From the NCBI GenBank assembly GCA_964617525.1, contig CAZTWG010000004.1, positions 1 to 22,822 on the forward strand: a DNA stretch of 22,822 nt. The letters are read 5' to 3'. The notes beneath the pieces are model-generated. The model was not told the origin of the DNA. It made no database searches and was given only the letters and a program-made list of their open reading frames with translations. The DNA comes from an uncultured Gammaproteobacteria bacterium (GTDB lineage: Bacteria > Patescibacteriota > Patescibacteriia > UBA2591 > UBA6264). Shown here one piece after another: positions 8,950 to 15,940 of this stretch (the stretch's first letter is position 1; every line of letters starts with the position of its first letter). The translations under genes were made by a program, and so were the position numbers.

Positions 8950-9636
8950 CTATTTATTTATTTTTGTTTCTTCTTTTTTTATTGGTTCTGATGTTTTTTT
9001 AAACTTCTCTCCTTTATAAATCCAGACTTTAATGCCGACAGAACCATAAGTAGTAGCTGCTGTTCCTCTAGCATAATCTATATCAGCACGTAAAGTATGA
9101 AGAGGCAAGTTTCCCCAAGTCGCTTTTTCTGACCTAGCTATTTCAGCACCACCTAAACGCCCCTTGATTATAATCTTGGCTCCTTTTGCTCCCCCATTCT
9201 TGATTTGTTTAATAATTTTTTTCAAAACTCGTCTATACGGCATTCTTTTCTCTATCTCTAAAATTGCTCCCTCTAGAACTACTTCTGCTGCCAATAGAGG
9301 CGATTTTTCTTCTATAACGTTAATTTCTAAATTTAAATCTTTATTTTCTAAATAATCTGATTTAATTGCCTTTTTCAACTTTTCAATATCAAGTCCACCT
9401 CTGCCAATAATTAAACCAGGTTTAGCTGTGCGGATTATTATTCTAATTATTCCAGCAAATCTTTCTATAGTCACATTAGAAATTCCACAATTTTTTAATT
9501 TTACTTTTAAAAATTTTCTAATTCTCAAATCTTCTTTTAGGAAAAAGCGGAATTTATTCTTATTCGCGAACCACTTTGAGTCCCATTGATTGATAAGCGG
9601 AATACGGAAAATTTTTGGATTTACTTTTCTACCCAT
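8950..9636 (-). CDS. rpsC: 30S ribosomal protein S3
   Basis: 228 aa. [14 protein letters not shown]-terminus, KH domain, [12 protein letters not shown] motif. Confidence 0.97.
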   Translation of the reverse strand: MGRKVNPKIFRIPLINQWDSKWFANKNKFRFFLKEDLRIRKFLKVKLKNCGISNVTIERFAGIIRIIIRTAKPGLIIGRGGLDIEKLKKAIKSDYLENKDLNLEINVIEEKSPLLAAEVVLEGAILEIEKRMPYRRVLKKIIKQIKNGGAKGAKIIIKGRLGGAEIARSEKATWGNLPLHTLRADIDYARGTAATTYGSVGIKVWIYKGEKFKKTSEPIKKEETKINK

Positions 9637-9742
9637 AAACGTTAGTTAATTGGGTGATTAGGTACTTGGTTAATTGGGATTGAAATTATTTCTCATCTTT
9701 ATAAATCCTGATTACCTGGTTACCTAAGCACTAAGCGCCTAG
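9637..9742 (+). repeat. Structured spacer element copy A (long imperfect hairpin filling the rplV-rpsC gap)
   Basis: 9651-9681 pairs with 9704-9734 over 31 positions: 21 Watson-Crick, 6 G:T and 4 mismatches. Loop is 9682-9703. Internal short direct repeats are gttaattggg x2, ttacct x2 and ctaagc x2. Homologous to 11968-12055 in the same orientation. The strand call is tentative and rests only on the wobble asymmetry. Confidence 0.75.
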
Positions 9743-10318
9743 TTAGATACTTTTCCTTCTAAAAATCTTTTTTAATGTTATAGCTTTTGATTTATTTTGC
9801 GCTCGTTTAAGATTCTGCCCCTTGCGATGTTTGCTACCTTTGACTTCCTCTTTTAATTCCTGCTTTGTAGCTTTCTTAAAAGCAGAGCTTTCAGACGTCT
9901 CTGTCTTTATTTTTTTGACATCATCTTTCAAAATAGAAGATTCTTTCAATTTATCTCCCTTTGGTTTAATCCCTTTCTTACTCGGGACCTTTTCTTCTAG
10001 AATAATAGTTAAATGTGAGCTCTTTTTGTGTATAGGAGTAGCTCTCCCGAACGCGCGAGCTCGCCATCTTTTAAGCATTGTTCCATCATCAGCAAAAATC
10101 TTTTTTATAAAAAGGTTCTTACTATCAAGGTTAAAATTATGCTCGGCATTGGCTATAGCTGAATGAAGGGTTTTAAAAACTAAAGGCGAAGCCTTATGAG
10201 GAAGAAATTTTAAATAATCTAAAGCATAAGAAACATCCATTCCCTTAATTGTTACGGCAACTAATCTCATTTTTTTAGCCGAGATTTTTAAATATTTACT
10301 TCTAGCTTGTACCTGCAT
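9743..10318 (-). CDS. rplV: 50S ribosomal protein L22 with ~80 aa Lys-rich C-terminal extension
   Basis: 191 aa. The core (SAKKMRLVAVTIKG...HSAIANAEHN...RARAFGRATPIHKKSSHLTIILEEK) ends near residue 110. Residues ~111-191 are a Lys/Ser/Glu-rich low-complexity tail. Confidence 0.95.
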   Translation of the reverse strand: MQVQARSKYLKISAKKMRLVAVTIKGMDVSYALDYLKFLPHKASPLVFKTLHSAIANAEHNFNLDSKNLFIKKIFADDGTMLKRWRARAFGRATPIHKKSSHLTIILEEKVPSKKGIKPKGDKLKESSILKDDVKKIKTETSESSAFKKATKQELKEEVKGSKHRKGQNLKRAQNKSKAITLKKIFRRKSI

Positions 10319-10339
10319 AAAAGAATTTTATAATTATTG

Positions 10340-10633
10340 CTATTTTTTCTTAGAAGCGGTTTCTAAAGCTTTTTGCATCTTTCCTCCATGTTTAATAAAT
10401 TTCTTGGTTAGAGAAAATTCACCTAATTTATGACCAATCATATCTTCTGAAACTGAAACTGGAATATGAATTTTTCCATTATGAACCCCAAAGACAAAAC
10501 CTACCATTTCCGGAATAATAGTTGAGCTTCGCGACCAAGTCCTTATTATTGTCTTGTCTCCTTGTTTTAGTTTGGATATCTTTTTTAATAATTTTGGGTC
10601 TACCCAAGGTCCTTTTTTAAGTGATCTAGACAT
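10340..10633 (-). CDS. rpsS: 30S ribosomal protein S19
   Basis: 97 aa. [18 protein letters not shown] and [13 protein letters not shown] motifs. Confidence 0.97.
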   Translation of the reverse strand: MSRSLKKGPWVDPKLLKKISKLKQGDKTIIRTWSRSSTIIPEMVGFVFGVHNGKIHIPVSVSEDMIGHKLGEFSLTKKFIKHGGKMQKALETASKKK

Positions 10634-10656
10634 AAAATATAATATAAATTGTTGAT

Positions 10657-11499
10657 TTATTTCTTCTTTCTTTTCTTAACTCTTCTCAAAACTATGTATT
10701 TATTGGTCCATTTCTTTTTATTTCTGGTTTTAACTCCCAGAGCTGGTTTTCCCCACGGAGTTTTGGGATGCTTTAAGCCAATAGGAGAATTTCCTTCTCC
10801 ACCACCATGTGGATGCGCAACAGGAGCCATTGCCTTCCCTCTAACTGTAGGTCTAATACCTCTGTGTCTCGTGCGCCCTGCTTTTCCCCAACGAACGAAA
10901 CGCCATTCTGGATTACTAACAGAACCAATACTAGCAAAACAATTCTCAGAAACCATTCTTCTTTCACTAGATGGTAATTTTAATTGAGCTAAATTATTAT
11001 TAATATCCATTAAGATAACCACATTCCCTGCTGAACGCGCTAGTTTCCCCCCTTGGTTAGGTTGCAATTCTATATTATAAACTTTACTACCTAAAGGAAT
11101 ATGCTTCAAGGGCATTCTATTCCCCAAATCAGCCTCAATTTTTTCCTTAGAATTTAAAATCTTATCTCCAACCTTCATACCTTCTGGCATTAAAATATAT
11201 CTTTTTTCTCCATCAGCATAACAAACTAAAGCAATCCAAGCAGAGCGATTAGGGTCATACTCTAATGTTTTTATTGTCGCCGGAATATCAAATTTGTCGC
11301 GCCTAAAATCAACTAGACGGTAATATCTTTTTTCTCCTCCGCCCTGATGCCTAATAGTAATCTTGCCATGACTACGACCAGCTTTACCTTTTTTAATCAC
11401 TCGTAATTTTTTGGCAGGTCTAACGTTAGAGAGCTCCCTCGTATCTATTACACTCGCCTTTCGTCTTCCTGGAGTTGTTGGTTTATATAACTTTAACAT
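10657..11499 (-). CDS. rplB: 50S ribosomal protein L2
   Basis: 280 aa. [18 protein letters not shown] and RRKASVIDT motifs. Confidence 0.98.
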   Translation of the reverse strand: MLKLYKPTTPGRRKASVIDTRELSNVRPAKKLRVIKKGKAGRSHGKITIRHQGGGEKRYYRLVDFRRDKFDIPATIKTLEYDPNRSAWIALVCYADGEKRYILMPEGMKVGDKILNSKEKIEADLGNRMPLKHIPLGSKVYNIELQPNQGGKLARSAGNVVILMDINNNLAQLKLPSSERRMVSENCFASIGSVSNPEWRFVRWGKAGRTRHRGIRPTVRGKAMAPVAHPHGGGEGNSPIGLKHPKTPWGKPALGVKTRNKKKWTNKYIVLRRVKKRKKK

Positions 11500-11508
11500 A
11501 AAATTGGT

Positions 11509-11967
11509 TTAGGCTTTTTTTACAAATTCTATCTTGTCGCCCTTTTTAAGAAAAACTAAAGCTCTTTTTTTGTTTTTGGTTCTGCCCTGAGAGTGGCCAT
11601 ATCTTACTCTTTTGCCTTTGACTTTAACAGGAGTAAAGTTATAAATTTCCTCAATCGCTTTTTTGACAGAAATTTTATTTGCCCTCTGACTAACCTCAAA
11701 AACATAACAATTATTTTCTTCTCCCAGCATCATAGCCTTTTCAGTTATAACTGGATGAAGTAGAAGACTTCCAAAAAGATCCTTGTTTGAGCTAAGACGA
11801 ATCTTTCTCGGGTCAGAAACTGTTGTTATTTTTTCTGACATTTTTCCAGAAACCTTTGAAACGGAAGAAGCTAAAGGTTTGTCCTTTTCTGATATGGATG
11901 GCTTTCCCTTCTTTTCGTCTTCATTGATAGATGTTGAAGAATCTTTTTTCTTTTTAAACAAGGACAT
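11509..11967 (-). CDS. rplW: 50S ribosomal protein L23 with ~57 aa N-terminal extension
   Basis: 152 aa. The L23 core starts near LFGSLLLHPVITEKA (residue ~64). The upstream residues are Lys/Ser-rich low complexity. An alternative internal ATG at 11841 (M43) cannot be excluded. Confidence 0.9.
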   Translation of the reverse strand: MSLFKKKKDSSTSINEDEKKGKPSISEKDKPLASSVSKVSGKMSEKITTVSDPRKIRLSSNKDLFGSLLLHPVITEKAMMLGEENNCYVFEVSQRANKISVKKAIEEIYNFTPVKVKGKRVRYGHSQGRTKNKKRALVFLKKGDKIEFVKKA

Positions 11968-12055
11968 ACTAAATTGGTTAATTAGTTGCTTAGTTGGTTG
12001 GGTAGTTAGATAGACTAAATAATTAAAATCCTAATTACCCAAGTACCTGATGTCG
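11968..12055 (+). repeat. Structured spacer element copy B (fills the rplD-rplW gap)
   Basis: 11990-12009 pairs with 12031-12050 over 20 positions: 15 Watson-Crick, 3 G:T and 2 mismatches. Loop is 12010-12030. Left arm 11975-11994 matches 9643-9662 at 15/20. Right arm 12027-12048 matches 9704-9725 at 17/22. Confidence 0.75.
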
Positions 12056-12688
12056 TTAGACATAGTGTTCTTCTATCTTTTTAATTCCTTTAACTGTAGT
12101 AACTAAATAGTCTGCCTTTAACAGGTCCAGAAGATTTAAACTTTCAACTGGCATAGTACGAAGTTTCTCAATATTTCTCGCTGATTTAATAATATTTTTG
12201 TCATTATCAGCTAAAGCTAGTAAAATCTTTTTATTCTTTTCTGGAATTAATTTATTTAAAATATTTACAAATTTTTTGGTTTTAATTTCTGGCAACTCTA
12301 TTTTATCTAAAATATATAATCTTTTATTTTTAACCTTATCAGATAAACACATATAAAGAGCTTTCTTTCTTATTTTTTTATTTATTTTTTTAGAATAATT
12401 CCTTTCCTTACTCGGTCCAAAAGTAATTCCACCTCCTTTCCAAAGTGGAGAACGAATAGAACCCGCTCTGGCCCGACCAGTTCCTTTTTGTCGCCAAGGT
12501 TTTTTACCGCCACCACGAACATCTCCTTTTTTAAGTGTATGAGCAAAAGGATGTCTTTTGTTAGCCAAAGACAAAACTACTACCTGATGAATGATATCTT
12601 TTTGAGACTTACAATTAAAGATCTGGTCATTCAATTTATGGCGATTTATTGATTCCCCTTTTTGATTATAAACCGAAACCGTAGGCAT
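12056..12688 (-). CDS. rplD: 50S ribosomal protein L4
   Basis: 210 aa. GGGKKPWRQKGTGRARAGSIRSPLWKGGGITFGP is the L4 signature. Confidence 0.97.
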   Translation of the reverse strand: MPTVSVYNQKGESINRHKLNDQIFNCKSQKDIIHQVVVLSLANKRHPFAHTLKKGDVRGGGKKPWRQKGTGRARAGSIRSPLWKGGGITFGPSKERNYSKKINKKIRKKALYMCLSDKVKNKRLYILDKIELPEIKTKKFVNILNKLIPEKNKKILLALADNDKNIIKSARNIEKLRTMPVESLNLLDLLKADYLVTTVKGIKKIEEHYV

Positions 12689-12699
12689 ATAAATTAAAT

Positions 12700-13299
12700 T
12701 TAAATTTGGATAATTTTTATTAAAGAATTTCTGGCTCCAGGAACAGCTCCTTTTATCAATATTAAATTCTCTTCTGGAATGATATCTATAATTTCTAAAT
12801 TTTTGACAGTTGCGCTATTTCCTCCCATTCTGCCTCCCATTTTTTTTCCTTTAAAAACTCTACCTGCATCAGTAGACCCAATTGAACCCGGCATTCTTAG
12901 TTGGTCCTTATGCCCATGGCTTGCTGGAGAACCGTGAAATCCATGCCTCTTAACCACTCCCTGAAAACCCTTACCCTTAGATACACCTTTTATGTCAACT
13001 TTCTTTTCCTTCTCAAAAACATCAACTTTTATTTCATCTCCAATCTTAAGGTCATTTTTTTCTAAAGTCTTATATTCTGATAAATATCTATATGGAATAT
13101 ATTTTTGTGGTTTTTTTACTTTTTTGGGATTTGCTTTTTCAAACCCAATCTGAATAGCAAAATGCGACTCATCTTCAGACTTATTTTCTTTTATCTGAGT
13201 AACAAAACAAGGACCAGCTTTTATCTTAGTTGCTGGAACAACTTTATCTCCCTGAAAAACTTGAGTCATTTCTATTTTTCTTCCCAGAATGAATTTCAT
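12700..13299 (-). CDS. rplC: 50S ribosomal protein L3
   Basis: 199 aa. GVSKGKGFQGVVKRHGFHG and GRMGG motifs. Confidence 0.97.
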   Translation of the reverse strand: MKFILGRKIEMTQVFQGDKVVPATKIKAGPCFVTQIKENKSEDESHFAIQIGFEKANPKKVKKPQKYIPYRYLSEYKTLEKNDLKIGDEIKVDVFEKEKKVDIKGVSKGKGFQGVVKRHGFHGSPASHGHKDQLRMPGSIGSTDAGRVFKGKKMGGRMGGNSATVKNLEIIDIIPEENLILIKGAVPGARNSLIKIIQI

Positions 13300-13341
13300 A
13301 CTCTGTATTTAACCTTATAAGTTGAAAAATAAATATTCAAT

Positions 13342-13390
13342 AAAAAAAACCGGACAGCCAGACCCTTGGAGACGGGTTATATGCCCGGCT
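13342..13390 (-). terminator. Rho-independent terminator / attenuator candidate between rpsJ and rplC
   Basis: Minus-strand RNA agccgggca...(25 nt containing the inner accc/gggu helix)...uguccgguu followed by U8 (A-run 13342-13349 on +). The 9-bp outer stem has two G:U pairs that become A:C on the + strand, so it is sense-specific. It is the only GC-rich block in the spacer. Confidence 0.7.
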
Positions 13391-13410
13391 TGTTTATATA
13401 CTATTTTGTC

Positions 13411-13459
13411 TGGTTTGAGTTAATGAAAATTTTTCTCATTTGGTAATTAATTCCCCTTA
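13411..13459 (+). repeat. Probable degenerate third copy of the spacer element
   Basis: 8-bp stem 13417-13424 / 13446-13453 with one G:T. The 21-nt loop gaaaatttttctcatttggta matches the copy A loop gaaattatttctcatctttata at ~15/21. ggtaatta-type motifs are nearby at 13442 and 13495. Confidence 0.35.
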
Positions 13460-13525
13460 ACACTTCATTTATTAAATAACAAACGGTTATCAATGGTAAT
13501 TAAAAACCACTTAATTATATTTTTC

Positions 13526-13888
13526 TTACATTTTTATTTCTACATCTACGCCAGCAGGTAAATTTAGGCTTCTCAAAATCTCCAGAGTCTGAGGGTTAAA
13601 ATCTATAATATCAATTAAACGATTATGAATTCTTTTCTCAAACTGGTCTTGCGAGGTTTTATGGACAAAAGATGAACGGAGAACAGTATACTTTCTTTTA
13701 ATAGTGGGCAAAAAGATTGGTCCTACTATTTTCGCGTCAGAACGACTTACAGCGGTAATAATTTCTTTTAAAGCCTCGTCAATAACTCTATGGTCATAAG
13801 ACCTTACCTTAATGCGAATACGAGGACTATAATTAGGATTATCCTGTTCTTTCTGTTTTTTCTTTTGGACTTGAATCTTTTTTGTCAT
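13526..13888 (-). CDS. rpsJ: 30S ribosomal protein S10 (17 aa N-terminal extension)
   Basis: 120 aa. The core PRIRIKVRSYDHRVIDEA...GPIFLPT...LPAGVDVEIK is preceded by MTKKIQVQKKKQKEQDNPNYS. No alternative in-frame ATG. Confidence 0.96.
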   Translation of the reverse strand: MTKKIQVQKKKQKEQDNPNYSPRIRIKVRSYDHRVIDEALKEIITAVSRSDAKIVGPIFLPTIKRKYTVLRSSFVHKTSQDQFEKRIHNRLIDIIDFNPQTLEILRSLNLPAGVDVEIKM

Positions 13889-13964
13889 ACATTATAGATT
13901 TGTCAAAATTTTACCTCATTGAGGTTATTTTTCGGAAAGTATCTTGCTAAACAGACAAATTCCC

Positions 13965-15173
13965 TTACTTAATTATTTTAGTAACTACTCCTGCGCCAAC
14001 AGTACGGCTGCCCTCTCTAATAGCGAATCTTTGTTGTTCCTCAAGAGCAATAGGTTTAGACAATTTAATAGTCAAGCTTAATGTATCCCCAGGCATTGCC
14101 ATTTCAGTTCCTTTTGGTAAATCTGCTTCACCTGTTACATCTGTGGTGCGGATATAAAATTGAGGTTTATAGCCGTTGAAAAATGGAGTGTGACGGCCAC
14201 CTTCATCTTTAGAGAGAATATAAGCCTTTCCCTCAAATTCAGTATGAGGAGTTACGGTTCCTGGCACAGCCAAAACTTGGCCCCTTTCAACTTCATTCTT
14301 CTTGGTTCCCCTTAAAAGAATGCCAGCATTATCTCCTGCCAAACCTTCATCTAAAGACTTCCTAAACATTTCAATGCCAGTTACTACCGTTTTCTTTGTT
14401 GGCCTCAAACCGACGATTTCTACTTCGTCGTTAACCTTTACTCTCCCTCTTTCAATCTTACCAGTAACAACAGTTCCTCTCCCTTCAATTGAAAAAATAT
14501 CTTCAATAGGCATTAAAAATGGTTTATCTAAGTCTCTTTTAGGCTCAGGAATATATTCATCCAAAGCTTCAACTAATTTCAAGATAGGACCACAATTAGG
14601 ACAATCTGCCTTACCGCAACCACATTCTAAAGCCTTAAGGGCTGAACCCTCAATAATAGGAATTTCGTCTCCAGGATATTCATATTTCTTAAGCAAATCC
14701 TTAACCTCTTCTCTAACCAACTCAACCAATTCTTTGTCTTCTACCATATCAGTCTTATTCAAAAAAACTACTATAGCTGGGACCCCAACTTGGCGAGCTA
14801 AAAGAATATGCTCTCTAGTTTGAGGCATAGGACCATCGGTCGCTGAAATTACTAAAATTGCTCCGTCCATTTGAGCGGCGCCTGTGATCATATTTTTAAT
14901 ATAATCAGCATGCCCAGGACAATCAATATGAGCATAATGACGTTTGTCAGTTTCATACTCAACGTGAGCCAAGGCAATAGTGATACCTCTTTGTTTTTCT
15001 TCTGGAGCACTATCAATTTGGTCTACTGTCCTTTCTTTGTCAACTTTTTTGCCAGAAGCGTTTAGGCATTTTAAAATTGCTGCTGTTAATGTAGTCTTAC
15101 CATGGTCTACATGACCAATAGTTCCTACGTTAACATGTGTTTTTCCTCTTTCAAATTTTGCTTTTTCTGCCAT
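13965..15173 (-). CDS. tuf: Elongation factor Tu
   Basis: The ORF-track start (15200) is trimmed to the ATG at 15173 ([28 protein letters not shown]). That ATG has GAGGT 7 nt upstream, whereas the 15200 ATG has no SD and lies in a leader hairpin. G1-G4 motifs are present ([17 protein letters not shown]). Confidence 0.97.
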   Translation of the reverse strand: MAEKAKFERGKTHVNVGTIGHVDHGKTTLTAAILKCLNASGKKVDKERTVDQIDSAPEEKQRGITIALAHVEYETDKRHYAHIDCPGHADYIKNMITGAAQMDGAILVISATDGPMPQTREHILLARQVGVPAIVVFLNKTDMVEDKELVELVREEVKDLLKKYEYPGDEIPIIEGSALKALECGCGKADCPNCGPILKLVEALDEYIPEPKRDLDKPFLMPIEDIFSIEGRGTVVTGKIERGRVKVNDEVEIVGLRPTKKTVVTGIEMFRKSLDEGLAGDNAGILLRGTKKNEVERGQVLAVPGTVTPHTEFEGKAYILSKDEGGRHTPFFNGYKPQFYIRTTDVTGEADLPKGTEMAMPGDTLSLTIKLSKPIALEEQQRFAIREGSRTVGAGVVTKIIK

Positions 15174-15348
15174 ATTATTTACCTCATTATTTTCGCGCAT
15201 TGAATAATTAATTGTTAAGAAAAAAGTAACAACAATCGCGAAATTATTTTATATTTATTAAATAATAATAAAGGGCAACAAACTCTATGTTCATATTGCT
15301 AGCTGAAAAAATAAACAAATTTGTTATTCTCTCGCTCGCCCACAAATA

Positions 15349-15377
15349 ACTATATCCTATTAATAATATTTTGGCAA
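15349..15377 (-). promoter_or_regulatory. Sigma-70-like promoter candidate for tuf
   Basis: Minus strand TTGCCA (15377-15372), a 17-nt spacer, then TATAGT (15354-15349). Located in the 238-nt ndk-tuf spacer and would give a leader of ~170 nt. Confidence 0.5.
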
Positions 15378-15411
15378 GATTAACTTTTCCACATTTTGTC
15401 CAAAAAATGAT

Positions 15412-15876
15412 TTAAGCTAATTCTTCTTTAGCGTAAACAGCCCCTAAATCCATTTTTTTATATCCAAAAATTTCTTCTTTCTTAAAAAAACGTTTGATTT
15501 CATTAGTAGCTGCTTCTATGGAATCAGAGGCATGAATGATATTATGAGAACCACTCATAGAAAAATCTCCTCTAATACTACCCACATCAGCCTTGCGCCC
15601 AGAGGTAGGTCCACAAAGAATTCTTACTGTATTTATAGCCTCTATTCCCTCTAAGACAATTGCTATTACTGGCGCGCTTCCCATGTAGTCAACCAAATCT
15701 TTAAAAAATGGTTTATCTTTATGATGGGCATAATGCTCAGACAACAGAGCGCCATTTAATCTCATCATTTTTAAGCCAACAATCTTTAATCCTTTATTTT
15801 CAAAACGTGCTATAATTTGTCCTAATAAATTTCTTTGTAAAGCGTCGGGTTTTAATAAAATTAATGTTTTCTCCAT
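15412..15876 (-). CDS. ndk: Nucleoside diphosphate kinase
   Basis: Start trimmed to the ATG at 15876 (MEKTLILLKPDALQRNL...). The 15 residues upstream in the track ORF overlap a terminator hairpin. Active-site region NIIHASDS. Confidence 0.92.
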   Translation of the reverse strand: MEKTLILLKPDALQRNLLGQIIARFENKGLKIVGLKMMRLNGALLSEHYAHHKDKPFFKDLVDYMGSAPVIAIVLEGIEAINTVRILCGPTSGRKADVGSIRGDFSMSGSHNIIHASDSIEAATNEIKRFFKKEEIFGYKKMDLGAVYAKEELA

Positions 15877-15888
15877 AAAAAAATAGTT

Positions 15889-15919
15889 AAAACAAAATGC
15901 CTTATTTAAATAATAAGGC
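15889..15919 (-). terminator. Rho-independent terminator downstream of the MBL-domain gene
   Basis: Minus strand gccttatt-attta-aataaggc (8-bp stem, 5-nt loop) followed by attttgtttt. Begins 22 nt after the TAG stop at 15941. Confidence 0.6.
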
Positions 15920-15940
15920 AAATTAACAATTGAATGATAT

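Noticed and set aside
9670-9696. Mini-ORFs on the sense strand inside the element loops: MRNNFNPN* (9696-9670) in copy A and MRKIFINSNQTK* (13439-13401) in putative copy C. Both start ATGAGAAA, with purine-rich AGGA/GGGGA upstream.
   Set aside because: Copy B has no ATG in its loop. Only the first two residues are shared, the peptides are tiny, and the SD spacings are poor (9 and 12 nt). Most likely a by-product of the shared loop sequence, although ribosome profiling would settle it.
10773-10967. 64 aa minus-strand ORF inside rplB, and the similar 62 aa ORF at 22218-22406 inside htrA
   Set aside because: These are alternative-frame ORFs wholly inside conserved genes, with no motifs and no independent start signals.
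9637-12055. The idea that the two elements are terminal inverted repeats of a ~2.4 kb mobile unit carrying rplW-rplB-rpsS-rplV
   Set aside because: The apparent inverted match (aggtacttgg at 9660-9669 versus ccaagtacct at 12039-12048) arises because each element is itself palindromic. The two copies are in direct orientation. The enclosed genes are universal r-protein genes in canonical order, and no transposase is present.
13300-13525. tRNA or other small RNA gene in the long spacers (also 893-987 and 15201-15411)
   Set aside because: I found no cloverleaf-compatible segments or T-loop (GTTCRAnnC) motifs. The only GC-rich block is explained by the terminator hairpin.
13889-13912. TTGACA and TATAAT hexamers just upstream of rpsJ
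   Set aside because: The hexamers are only 4 nt apart and TATAAT ends 2 nt before the ATG. That geometry is incompatible with a sigma-70 promoter or a leaderless start.
14302-14823. 173 aa plus-strand ORF, together with the other plus-strand ORFs in the track (e.g. 1136-1360, 4315-4518, 4623-4877, 5733-6125, 6220-6495, 9822-10166, 10649-10987, 11783-12013, 13105-13320, 19163-19435, 20779-21036, 21983-22342)
   Set aside because: Each lies antisense to a confidently identified conserved gene (this one is antisense to tuf). Their translations are low-complexity Ser/Leu/Phe-rich with no recognisable motifs. They are shadow ORFs of the kind expected opposite long ORFs in AT-rich DNA.
15174-15200. 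Longer N-termini given by the ORF track for tuf (MRENNEVNN-), ndk (15877-15921, MPYYLNKAFCFNYFF-) and prfB (21303-21338, MSGFIYFDIIID-)
   Set aside because: The conserved protein N-termini begin at the internal ATGs. The upstream codons overlap a leader hairpin (tuf), a terminator (ndk) or a promoter -10 (prfB). tuf has a proper SD only for the internal ATG.
15309-15331. AT-rich near-palindrome aataacaaatttgtttatt followed by a T-run in the tuf leader (minus strand), as a possible attenuator
   Set aside because: The stem is almost entirely A:U with a single C:G pair and one bulge. That is too weak to call in a genome this AT-rich.
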